DNA of 64,000 nucleotides from positions 95,758 through 159,757 of the forward strand of contig JAXLYX010000009.1 of the NCBI GenBank assembly GCA_046351215.1, written 5' to 3'. This DNA is from Polyangiales bacterium. GTDB taxonomy: Bacteria; Myxococcota_A; Polyangia; Polyangiales; Houyiibacteriaceae. Below the pieces are notes generated by a model. It was not told the origin of the DNA. It did not search any database and saw only the letters and a list, made by a program, of their open reading frames with translations. Below, one piece after another: positions 45,001 to 52,769 of the stretch. How positions within the stretch are numbered: the stretch's first letter is position 1; each line of letters opens with the position of its first letter. The position numbers were made by a program, and so were the translations under genes.

Positions 45001-45956
45001 ACGCGCGTCGTCCCGGCCCGTGCATCGAAGGCGATGCCGAGGTCGAGCGCCGTGGCGAGCGGATCCCCCGCGGGCACGGGGAGCCCCCTCGACTCGAGCA
45101 CGCGGAGAGCGAGGCGGAGCTCGAGGGACTCGCGGATCGCGAGCGTTCCCTCGACCGCCACGCGCCCGTCGCCACGGATCGCCTCGCGCGCGGGGATCGT
45201 CCCGTCCGCGTTCGCCGCCCGACCCTCCTGCGCGAGCCGAAGCGCGGCTCCGCGTGCCGGCTCGTCCGCGCCGAGGGTCACACCGACGTCGAGTCGGCCG
45301 GCGTTCTCGTGGAATCGCGCTTCGAGCGCGAGCTCCGCGAGCCGCGCGCGGCGGACGACACGCCCGCCCTCGAGCTCGACGTAGGCGACCGCGGCGCCGG
45401 GCGCCCGCGCCTTCGTCAGATCGACGCCGAGCCCCCGGAGGGAGTCGAGCGAATGCGAGAGAGGCGCGACCGGCTCGCTCGGATCCGTGGGGAAGAGGAG
45501 GGTGAAGCTATCCGTCGTCTCGTCGGCGACGTACGTGAGCTCGAGCCCGGCGAGCGTCGCGTCGGCGATGCGCACCTCGCCCGAGAGCAGGGGCCGCACG
45601 GCGAGCGAGACGTCCGCCTCGCGCAGGACGAGGAAGGGGGCGGCCTTGCCCCGGAAGCGCGACGGCTGCGCGACCTCGAGGCCCTCGGCGTGGAGCGTTC
45701 CGCTCGCGAGCGAGAAGGAGAGCGCGCGGTAGTCGAGCTCGAGGTCGAGGGCCTCGTCGAGCGTGCGCACGACCGTCGGCTTCACCCACGGATGCTCGAG
45801 ATGACCGAGCACGAAGAGCGCCGCGGCCGCGAGCAGGACGGCGAGCGCGAGCAGCGAGGCGGCGGCTCCGAGCAGGATCCTCCGTACGCGATGCGCTCGG
45901 CCCGGCCGGGCGGCCGTGCCGGAGGACGGAGGCGGGCTGTCGGTGTCGGCACCCAT
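42006..45956 (-). CDS. AsmA-like / YdbH-like giant inner-membrane-anchored protein (1316 aa)
   Basis: The N-terminal anchor is ILLGAAASLLALAVLLAAAALFVLG. About 1200 aa of repetitive beta-rich sequence follow, without low-complexity junk. The C-terminus reads LDGSMHLVRMSREHLRELIDALDPY...LLDFEVALGGL. A DUF1318 lipoprotein gene lies immediately downstream, as in ydbH-ynbE-ydbL. Confidence 0.7.
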   Translation of the reverse strand: MGADTDSPPPSSGTAARPGRAHRVRRILLGAAASLLALAVLLAAAALFVLGHLEHPWVKPTVVRTLDEALDLELDYRALSFSLASGTLHAEGLEVAQPSRFRGKAAPFLVLREADVSLAVRPLLSGEVRIADATLAGLELTYVADETTDSFTLLFPTDPSEPVAPLSHSLDSLRGLGVDLTKARAPGAAVAYVELEGGRVVRRARLAELALEARFHENAGRLDVGVTLGADEPARGAALRLAQEGRAANADGTIPAREAIRGDGRVAVEGTLAIRESLELRLALRVLESRGLPVPAGDPLATALDLGIAFDARAGTTRVSLRRLGLLGDVLTARLDGTVEDARPSTLARASGGAELRFDTAAWLPSGIDAQGVRGTLVLDEAELSPHGAKGRLDLRASAERASYAEEGQAAGVEGLELSLATQANVPLDAEGSTPGSDPRLVQLRLDVRSRSLRASDATAGTSLEGTGLVASLVGPGLVLAPSGPTSLGGEGSAREPDVLDVAFDGLALAEGTSTSARLAHPRLHAEGAGLVGAMTANTAAEGRVSLEAERLEARSGGDSANLAPVSLSTELHAFLRNPAGLFGLGGRASIRLATTGTVSSAGQVARVSGFAPALEADFDRGTVEGSLPFGALSVRSAGEESLALSRAQLRISTSSPTTLAPPSARGHLLVEGPIGHVRASGNAMALPRVRLELVGEGGAYALSGEATVTDLETSSGRFEGEHRLALSGRADLRRHVYDLEAHLGADSSGDSPRLDASLHGTIEPATGALDHRVSLTAERIAPELARFLPEGTRADLSGVRLETHGKLAGVFTRVPRAGEVPTLADVVLARLRGEEHGSLVVEGLHATREDGTELETPRVSLSLDFVQRDEGAEIELGGEAGEARVKSGNDELVLHGFRPHVEIRMPDADVPEVASITADVALARVEQAIVPGYPVTNVRLTAAIDSDPSALTIRELVLVNGGGHGSIRMTGAYESDVDGSMTSRAARSEAAIDGRQALSLSGTVEQDLAPLAGGDFARRASGRLRIPFEIQSGDLQSYRALARLVAEAVEFVNPDGSLTVEGLNGEIPIEETLTLIAGGPVLDPGVGVAPMSRARFPDVQPFLNTDAFVTSQRIVWQGSTLGPLAGNVRIAGTTVRIDRLQIGYRGGELTGQLELDLMPGSSHIAFRGNATGIHTEHGGDEVLDANMAIRFVPETLALDGSMHLVRMSREHLRELIDALDPYHENTDLNTVRSVLRLGYPRFARLVASEGLLDFEVALGGLASAIRIDAIRAIPIAPLLDEYAAPLVETLFPRDRPHVAGPEAAAPSESPRGTAP

Positions 45957-46073
45957 GAAGAAAGCTCTCCCCAGGGTTCGTTTACACCGTGGACGGCCCT
46001 TCGTCCCGGGGACTCGTTCCGATCCTCGGGGGGAGCGTTCCCCGGGGCCGGGCGTCCGCGCTCCCGAGCCGCG

Positions 46074-46694
46074 TCAGAGGCGCAGGGCGAGGCCGACGCG
46101 GAAGGTCAGCTGACCGCCGTTGGCGAAGGTCCGGTGCTCGCCCCCGGACTGGAATTCCTGCCAGGTGAACCGGTGCTGCCAGCCGAGCTCGCCGATCATC
46201 ATCGTGCGCGGGCCGAGGAAGTACGTGAGGCCGGCGAACCCGCCCGTGTAGAAGCCGGCGCCGCCCGCCATGACGTCCCACTGCGTCGAGGGAGCGAAGA
46301 AGGTGATCCCGAGCGGCACCATGAGGTAGGGCTCGAGGTACTTCCCGCTGTCGAGCGGGATCGGGTAGCGCAGCTTCCAGACGCTGCCCACGTCGGCGTA
46401 GGTGCCGCGGCCGATCCCGGCCGCATCGAGGCTTTCGGCGTTGAAGCGGCTGAAGCCGACCTCGCCGCCGGCTACGAGGTAACGCGCCACGGCCGTGTCG
46501 ATGCGCGCGAGGAAGCCGTACGAGAACTGGTAGCTCCCGGGGTTCGCCGCCGAGTCCGAGAAGTGCAGCTTTCCGAGGAACCCGCCCTGGAACGCGAGCT
46601 GGATTCGCGCCCCGGCGTCGGCGGCCGGCTGGGCCTGGGCGATACCGGGGAGGGCGAGGAGGAGCGCGACGAGGACGGCGGGGCGCAGGGACAT
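46074..46694 (-). CDS. outer-membrane beta-barrel protein (OmpW/OmpA-beta-barrel-like)
   Basis: The signal peptide is MSLRPAVLVALLLALPGIAQA. Alternating aromatic/Gly beta-strand patterns run through the protein, and the terminal strand is QLTFRVGLALRL. Confidence 0.78.
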   Translation of the reverse strand: MSLRPAVLVALLLALPGIAQAQPAADAGARIQLAFQGGFLGKLHFSDSAANPGSYQFSYGFLARIDTAVARYLVAGGEVGFSRFNAESLDAAGIGRGTYADVGSVWKLRYPIPLDSGKYLEPYLMVPLGITFFAPSTQWDVMAGGAGFYTGGFAGLTYFLGPRTMMIGELGWQHRFTWQEFQSGGEHRTFANGGQLTFRVGLALRL

Positions 46695-46727
46695 GGCCCG
46701 CTTGGTTCCACCAAAAGCCGCGGAATG

Positions 46728-47912
46728 TCAACCGTTCGAGGCGGGCCGCCCGTAGGTCAGGCGCCGCCAGAGGGCCTCGAGGGGGCCCTGCTCCCATCGA
46801 TCCAGCCAGGCCCGGGCGAAGAGGAGCTGAGCCCCGTAGGTCAGGGCGACGAAGCCGAGCAGGGCGAGGGGGCGGACGCGGCCGTAGAGGCCGAGGCCGA
46901 AGGAGAAGAAGACCAGGTTCATGACCACCGATTGGCCCACGTACTGCGTGAGGGAGAGCCGGCCCATCCGCGCGAGCGCCGAGGCCATCCGGGGGAGCCG
47001 CCCCGACCGAGCGAAGAGGAGCACGCTGGCCGCGTAGGCGAGGGCGAGCCCCGGTTCGGCCCCGTAGGCCGAGAGGCTCATCGCCGGGAAGACCCAGAGG
47101 TCGCGGGGCCCGTGGTCCTTGAAGTGCAGGAAGGCGGAGGCGTGCACCGCCGCGAGCGGGAGCCCGACCCCGAGCCCGAGCCGACGGATCCGGCGCAGGG
47201 CGTCGAGGCTCGAGGGGAGGTCGCGAACGAGCTCGGCCGCGCGTTGGGTGTGCCCGAGCGTCAGGGTCGCGAGCATCACCCAGCCCGAGTAGCTCGCGAA
47301 CCAACCGTAGTAGCCGGCGAGATCCTTCGCCCGCCGGGCGAAGAGCGTCGCGAGATCGCCCCGGCCGTACGCCGCGATCATCGGCTCCGCCGGGGGCAGC
47401 CTCCCGAAGGTCTTCACGAGGGCGCCGGTCGCGAGGAGCCGGAGCACGATCAGGACGGGGACGGCCAGCGAGACGAGCGCGATCGCGACGAGCGTCCGGT
47501 CGCGGAGCTTCCGGAAGAGCGGGAGGAGCAGCCCGAGGAGCGCGTACTGCACGAGGATGTCGATCGTCGACAAGAGGGCCGCGTGCACGAGCCCGATCGC
47601 GAAGAGCCCCGCCATGCGGCGCGCGAAGAAGCGCCCGGGCGAGCCTCCCCGGGCCTCGATCGCGTCGAGCTGCAGGCGCGCCGAGACCCCGAAGAGCAAT
47701 CCGAAGAGCGGGAAGAACTTGCTGGCGAAGAGCGCGTCCGTGACGGCGTAGACCATCCGATCGACGCCGTGGTTCCACGGATCCGGCTGGGCCCACGGGA
47801 AGGGGCCGCCGAACGTCTGCACGTTCACGACCAGGATCCCGAAGAGCGCGAAGCCCCGGGCGACGTCGATGCCCTCGATGCGGACGCGGGCGGGTGCGAG
47901 CGGCTCTTCCAT
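46728..47912 (-). CDS. DUF418 (YeiB-like) polytopic membrane protein
   Basis: Strings include RIEGIDVARGFALFGILVVN, FFPLFGLLFGVS and the C-terminal GRLSLTQYVGQSVVMNLVFF...GPLEALWRRLTYG. Confidence 0.82.
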   Translation of the reverse strand: MEEPLAPARVRIEGIDVARGFALFGILVVNVQTFGGPFPWAQPDPWNHGVDRMVYAVTDALFASKFFPLFGLLFGVSARLQLDAIEARGGSPGRFFARRMAGLFAIGLVHAALLSTIDILVQYALLGLLLPLFRKLRDRTLVAIALVSLAVPVLIVLRLLATGALVKTFGRLPPAEPMIAAYGRGDLATLFARRAKDLAGYYGWFASYSGWVMLATLTLGHTQRAAELVRDLPSSLDALRRIRRLGLGVGLPLAAVHASAFLHFKDHGPRDLWVFPAMSLSAYGAEPGLALAYAASVLLFARSGRLPRMASALARMGRLSLTQYVGQSVVMNLVFFSFGLGLYGRVRPLALLGFVALTYGAQLLFARAWLDRWEQGPLEALWRRLTYGRPASNG

Positions 47913-47918
47913 CCGCGC

Positions 47919-48713
47919 TCAGCGCTTGTACTTCTGGCTCGCGGCGATCTGGCTCGCGACGCGCTCCCCTCCCGCGATCCGCTGCGCCTTGTTCACGAGG
48001 TCCGGGAAGAAATGCGCGATCCACGCGCCCGCCCGCTGCTCGAGCGCGGCCACGTCGATCTCGGCCGGGTTCGTGTGGACGGCGCGGACGACCGCGTTCG
48101 CCACGTCCTCCGGGCTGCGCGTCCCGCCGCCCGGAGGGAGGTCGACGCCCGCGTTCGCGAACATGCCGGCGTCGCGGATGAAGCCGGGGAAGATCGTCGT
48201 CACGCCGACGCCGTGCGGACGGAGATCCTCGCGCAGGCCGAGCGAGAAGCCCCGCAGACCGAACTTCGTCGCCGAGTACATCGAGGTGCCCTGCGTCGCG
48301 ACCTTGCCCGAGATCGACGAGATGAAGACGATGTGGCCGCGACCTCGTTCCGCCATCGCCTCGCTCGCCGCGCGCGCCATGACGATCGGGGCCCGGAGGT
48401 TCACGTCGAGGGCCCGATCGATCTGATCGGTCTCGTACTCGTGCAGATGGCCGCTCGCGGGCAGGGCGGCGTTCAGCACGAGCACGTCGACCTCGCGTGC
48501 GGCCTCCGCGAGCCGCTCGGTGTCCTCCCGGAGCGAGAGGTCCGCGAGCGCGACCTCGGCCGCGAGCTCCTTCGCCAGGTCCTCGACCGTCTCGGGGCGG
48601 CGCGCGGCGAGGACCACTCTCGCCCCCTGTCGGGAGAGCGCGCGGGCGATGGCGCGGCCGAGGCCGCCGTTCGCACCCGTGACCATGGCGCGCGTGTTCG
48701 GGCTGATCTTCAT
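47919..48713 (-). CDS. SDR family oxidoreductase
   Basis: Track ORF 47919..48797 trimmed to MKISPNTRAMVTGANGGLGRAIARAL, which carries TGxxxGxG. The catalytic YSATK is present, along with IVFISSISG. Confidence 0.88.
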   Translation of the reverse strand: MKISPNTRAMVTGANGGLGRAIARALSRQGARVVLAARRPETVEDLAKELAAEVALADLSLREDTERLAEAAREVDVLVLNAALPASGHLHEYETDQIDRALDVNLRAPIVMARAASEAMAERGRGHIVFISSISGKVATQGTSMYSATKFGLRGFSLGLREDLRPHGVGVTTIFPGFIRDAGMFANAGVDLPPGGGTRSPEDVANAVVRAVHTNPAEIDVAALEQRAGAWIAHFFPDLVNKAQRIAGGERVASQIAASQKYKR

Positions 48714-48811
48714 CTTTCCTCCGGAGCTCGTCGCTCCCCCGTCGGGGGACGGCCCCCCAGCGTTACGGCCCCTCGGTCCCCCGGGCGCCTCCGCCATGCT
48801 AGCGTTCGTCC

Positions 48812-49522
48812 ATGACGTCGCGCTGCCCCGGAGCCGGAATCGGCCGTCGCGATGCGCTCGCGCGCATCGTCCGGCTCGCCGCGGCGCCGTTCGCCGTCGG
48901 ACCGCTGCTCTCCTTCGCGGGCCGCGCCGACGCCCAGACCTGGGCGACGTCGCTCGAGCTCTCCTCGCGGGTCTCGGACGGCCGGATCGAGGCGAGCTCG
49001 GTGGAGCGGCCCTCCGGCGTCGCGGCCGGCAAGGCGCTCGGCCTGGTCGACGCGCCCTTCGCGGACGTGATGCGGGTCCTCGTCGACTTCCCCCGGTACG
49101 GGCATTTCCTCCCGCTGCGCGAGGTCCGGGTGACCGAGCGCGAGCGGGGGCGGGCCAAGCTCGCCGTGACGGGGCGGGCCCGACTCGTGCGTCGGTTCTC
49201 GGCCGAGCTCGACGTGCGCATCGAGGGCCGGGAGGACGGCACGCACGTCATCTCGGCCCGGAAGATCACCTCGGACCTCGACGCGCTCGAGGCCCGCTTC
49301 CAGCTCGTCTCCACCCCGAGCCGGAGGCGTAGCCTCGTCTCGCTCGAGCTCCTCGTCGATCCCGGCCTCTTCCTTCCCGACACCGTCCTCGAGCGGGCGA
49401 ACGTCGACGCGGCCGTCGTGGCCCTCGCCCGGCTGCGCAAGCGCATGCGCGAGCTGCGGGCGGCCGAGGCCGCCGTGGTCGCGGCCACGGGCGGGGCGGA
49501 CGCGGGCGTTCCGGCCCCCTAG
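48812..49522 (+). CDS. SRPBCC (START/polyketide-cyclase-like) family protein with a Tat-like signal
   Basis: The N-terminus is GIGRRDALARIVRLAAAPFAV...ADAQ. Further strings are FADVMRVLVDFPRYGHFLP and LDVRIEGRE...LEARFQL. The family call is tentative. Confidence 0.6.
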   Translation: MTSRCPGAGIGRRDALARIVRLAAAPFAVGPLLSFAGRADAQTWATSLELSSRVSDGRIEASSVERPSGVAAGKALGLVDAPFADVMRVLVDFPRYGHFLPLREVRVTERERGRAKLAVTGRARLVRRFSAELDVRIEGREDGTHVISARKITSDLDALEARFQLVSTPSRRRSLVSLELLVDPGLFLPDTVLERANVDAAVVALARLRKRMRELRAAEAAVVAATGGADAGVPAP

Positions 49523-49611
49523 GTCCGGGCGCCCCCTCCGCGTCTCCGCACCGGCGCATCCGGTCATGCCTCGGCGAGCGACGACCCTCGGAAGGGGACG
49601 CCGGGCCGGGT

Positions 49612-50961
49612 ATGATGCGGCTCGTCATGGACACCCGCTCGCTCGTCTCCCTGCCCTCCTTCGTCCTCGTCGCCCTCGCCCTCGTCGCCTCGCCCGCGTC
49701 GGCCGACACCACGATCTGCGGGACGATCACCACCTGCCAGACCCAGCTCGTCGAGCTCGAGCGCCACGGTACGCGGGGGCGCGCCCAGGTGGGGCCGATC
49801 CGGGCCCTCTACGCCGACGCCCAGCACGGCGGTCGAGAGGAGCGCCAGCGTGCGCAGGAGCACACGAACGTCGCGCTCCGCTACGTGCGCCTCTGCACCG
49901 AGGGCATCCGGGCCCAGGATGCGCGCACGGGCGTCACGCCGCAGCAGCTCGAGCGCTGCGTCCAGGTCGAGGACCTCTGCGCCGTCGCGACCGCCTCCGA
50001 CGCGCCGATCGGCATCGAGTCGCTCCGGCCGGAATGCGAGCAGTACGCGGGCGCGAACCAGGAGCGCGCGGCCCGCGAGGCGGCGCGTCGTCGGGACCTC
50101 GAGCGGGACGAAGCCCGTGCGCCCTGCCTCACCGGCACCTGTGATTTCGGCGGCGTGTGCCGGAGGTTCCCCGAGCTCGGGAACGACTCGCAGTTCGTCG
50201 TGGCCTGGGCCGCTTGGGTCGTGCTGCAGAAGACCGACCTCTCGCACGCGGCCCAGGGCGTGCTCGAGGCCTACCAGGAGCTCGCCACCCATCCGCAGGC
50301 GCGCGCCTACCTGACCGACGCCTGGCTGCGCACGCTCCAGGGTTGGGCCGCGACCGAGCCCGCGCGTCTCGTCGAGGGCGACGGCGCGCAGATCGACAAC
50401 TTCCTCGCGTTCACCGGCGACACCGAGCACGAGATGGAGGTGCAGCGCATGCGCATGACGGCCGTGTCCTGGGCCTGCCGCAACCTCGCGCGCCCGGACG
50501 GGATGATCTGGGCCTACGTCGTCGCCTATCCGGGCTCCGCGGGCTCGCTCCGCAGCTGCCAGGCGACCGACGCCGTGCTGCGGCGCACGGTCAGCGAGCG
50601 TATCGCGACCGTCTCGTCGTACGTGCAGGCCGAGGCCGCGCGCACCGACGCGACGCCCGAGACGGTGGCCGCGTTCCGCGCCGAGCTCGCCACGCGCATC
50701 GCGACGCTGCGACGCGACGTCTGCCAGAAGGTCGTCGGCGTCCCCGTCCACACGCAATGCGAAGCCGGGGCGAGCGAGCTCGCCACGCGCGGCGAGGCCG
50801 TCGCGGCCCAGGCGCTCCGCCACAGCGCCGACGCTGCACGTCGGGCCGAGTGCGAGCGCGCGCGCGACTCCGATGCGCAGACCTGCGTCGCCGGATGCTC
50901 GGGCAGCGCGAGCTGCGAGACCCGCTGCCGCCAGCGCGCCTCGCGTCGCCGCTGTCGCTGA
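49612..50961 (+). CDS. secreted cysteine-rich hypothetical protein
   Basis: The signal peptide is SLVSLPSFVLVALALVASPASA. The mature part has about 19 Cys, with a C-terminal cluster CVAGCSGSASCETRCRQRASRRRCR. I recognise no family. Confidence 0.6.
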   Translation: MMRLVMDTRSLVSLPSFVLVALALVASPASADTTICGTITTCQTQLVELERHGTRGRAQVGPIRALYADAQHGGREERQRAQEHTNVALRYVRLCTEGIRAQDARTGVTPQQLERCVQVEDLCAVATASDAPIGIESLRPECEQYAGANQERAAREAARRRDLERDEARAPCLTGTCDFGGVCRRFPELGNDSQFVVAWAAWVVLQKTDLSHAAQGVLEAYQELATHPQARAYLTDAWLRTLQGWAATEPARLVEGDGAQIDNFLAFTGDTEHEMEVQRMRMTAVSWACRNLARPDGMIWAYVVAYPGSAGSLRSCQATDAVLRRTVSERIATVSSYVQAEAARTDATPETVAAFRAELATRIATLRRDVCQKVVGVPVHTQCEAGASELATRGEAVAAQALRHSADAARRAECERARDSDAQTCVAGCSGSASCETRCRQRASRRRCR

Positions 50962-51021
50962 GCCGCCTTGCCGGCCCGGTCGAGGGCGCGCAGGCTGCTC
51001 GGGACCCGAGGAGTCCCGCCC

Positions 51022-51630
51022 ATGAAGCTCTACGACTACGGCCGCGCGCCGAATCCGCGTCGCGTGCGGATCTTCCTCGCCGAGAAGGGGCTCGAGATCC
51101 CGAAGACCGCGATCGACATCGCGACCCGCGAGAACCTCGGTCCGGACTACCGCTCGAAGAATCCGCTCGGCTACGTCCCCGCGCTCGAGCTCGACGACGG
51201 CACCGTGCTCTGCGAGTCGATGGCGATCTGCCGCTACCTCGAGGAGCTCCATCCCGAGCCGAACCTCTTCGGGCGCACGGCGCTCGAGAAGGCCCTCGTC
51301 GAGCAATGGAGCCGGCACGCCGAGCTCGAGCTCTACTGGCCGATCGCCCACGCGTTCCGCAACACCAACGCCTTCTGGGCGGGGCGGATCCCCCAGGTCC
51401 CCGAGTTCGGCGAGGTCAGCCGCGAGCAGGCGATCGAGCGTCTCGCGTTCTTCGACGGCGCCCTCCGCGACCGGCCCTACCTCGCGGGAGACCGCTTCAC
51501 CGTCGCCGACATCACGGGCTACGTGGCGCTCGATTTCGGTCGCGTCGCGAACGTGCGCGTGGGGGACGACCATCCGAACCTGAAGCGCTGGTACGAGGAG
51601 ATCGGTGCGCGACCGAGCGCTCGCCTCTGA
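51022..51630 (+). CDS. glutathione S-transferase
   Basis: Track ORF 50968..51630 trimmed to MKLYDYGRAPNPRRVRIFLAEKG, with GGAG 10 nt upstream. Strings include NPLGYVPALELDDGTVLCESMAICRYL and the C-terminal helix domain FTVADITGYVAL. Confidence 0.88.
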   Translation: MKLYDYGRAPNPRRVRIFLAEKGLEIPKTAIDIATRENLGPDYRSKNPLGYVPALELDDGTVLCESMAICRYLEELHPEPNLFGRTALEKALVEQWSRHAELELYWPIAHAFRNTNAFWAGRIPQVPEFGEVSREQAIERLAFFDGALRDRPYLAGDRFTVADITGYVALDFGRVANVRVGDDHPNLKRWYEEIGARPSARL

Positions 51631-52768
51631 GCTCCTCGCGCTCCTCGTCGCGCTCGCGCTCGGCTGCGGGCACGAGGACGTGAGGCCCCTCCCGCCGTCC
51701 CCGCCGCGCAAGCCGGACTCGGCGCGCTTCTACACGGCCTCCCACGTGGCCGTCCGCTACGAGGGGAGGATCGACGCGCGCGATCCCGACGCGCCTCGCT
51801 TCGCGTGGCCGGCGTCCGGCTTCCGCCTGCGCTTCCGCGGCACGCGGCTCGTGCTCCGCTTCCGCGACGTGCCGTACACCGACGAGATCCACGACACGGA
51901 CCTCCTCGCCGCCTACGTCGACTCGCGCGCCCCCGTGACCATCCCCCTCGTCGAGGGCGTCCGCGACTATCCGATCGTCGAGGGGCTCCCGGACGGGGTG
52001 CACGAGGTCCGCATCCTGAAGCGCACCGAGGCGGAAGCGGGGACCGTCACCTTCCTCGGCGCCGACGTCGCGCCGGGCCAGCGCTTCCTCGAGCCTCCGC
52101 CGCCGTTCCGTCGCCGCATCCTCGCCGTCGGCGATTCGATCACGGCCGGCTACGGCATCGACGGTCCCGACGCGAATTGCCACTTCAGCGCGGGCACGGA
52201 GAACGCCACTCGCTCCTACGCCTTCCTCGCGGCGAAGACGCTCGAGGCGGGCTACCAGGCGATCGCGTGGTCCGGGCGCGGCGTGTACCGGAACTACGAT
52301 CCGGGGCATCCGGAGACGATCCCGAGCGTCTACGACCGCGTCATCCCGACCGAGCCCGAGCCGCTCTACGATCCCGCCGCGTTCGATCCGCAGGCCGTCG
52401 TCCTGAACCTCGGCACGAACGACCTCTTCCGGCCGCATCCCGATCGGGCCGCGTTCGTCGCGGCGTACGCGGGGCTCCTCGATCGCATCCGTCGCGACCA
52501 TCCGCGCGCCCATCTCGTGCTCGTCGTCGGTCCGATGCTCGCCGACGACTACCCTCCGCACTCGCACGCCCTCTCGAAGGCCCTCCAATGGGTCGGTGGT
52601 CTGGTCGACGCGCGGCGGCGCGCGGGCGATCGACGGATCTCCTTCCTCCAGCTCTACGGTGCCGATCCCGCCGACGGCTACGGTTGTGACTACCATCCGA
52701 GCTTCACCACGCATCGGAAGATGGCCGAGGCGCTCGTCGCGCACCTCCGGGCCCGCGCGGGGTTCTGA
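51605..52768 (+). CDS. SGNH/GDSL hydrolase lipoprotein with an N-terminal beta-sandwich (CE2-like)
   Basis: The lipobox is LLVALALGC. Block I is RILAVGDSITAGYG, block III is VLNLGTNDL, and block V is GCDYHPS. Confidence 0.8.
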   Translation: MRDRALASELLALLVALALGCGHEDVRPLPPSPPRKPDSARFYTASHVAVRYEGRIDARDPDAPRFAWPASGFRLRFRGTRLVLRFRDVPYTDEIHDTDLLAAYVDSRAPVTIPLVEGVRDYPIVEGLPDGVHEVRILKRTEAEAGTVTFLGADVAPGQRFLEPPPPFRRRILAVGDSITAGYGIDGPDANCHFSAGTENATRSYAFLAAKTLEAGYQAIAWSGRGVYRNYDPGHPETIPSVYDRVIPTEPEPLYDPAAFDPQAVVLNLGTNDLFRPHPDRAAFVAAYAGLLDRIRRDHPRAHLVLVVGPMLADDYPPHSHALSKALQWVGGLVDARRRAGDRRISFLQLYGADPADGYGCDYHPSFTTHRKMAEALVAHLRARAGF

Positions 52769-52769
52769 C

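Noticed and set aside
42063-48815. A 2250-aa + strand ORF, together with similar giants (9151..12477, 21299..25291, 25159..29481, 38048..41521, 20715..24653, 26117..29446 and 58446..61577).
   Set aside because: The translations are Arg/Gly/Pro/Ala/Asp-rich with no recognisable motifs. They run antisense or out of frame to genes that do have clear family signatures. These are the classic stop-codon-poor shadow ORFs of very GC-rich DNA.
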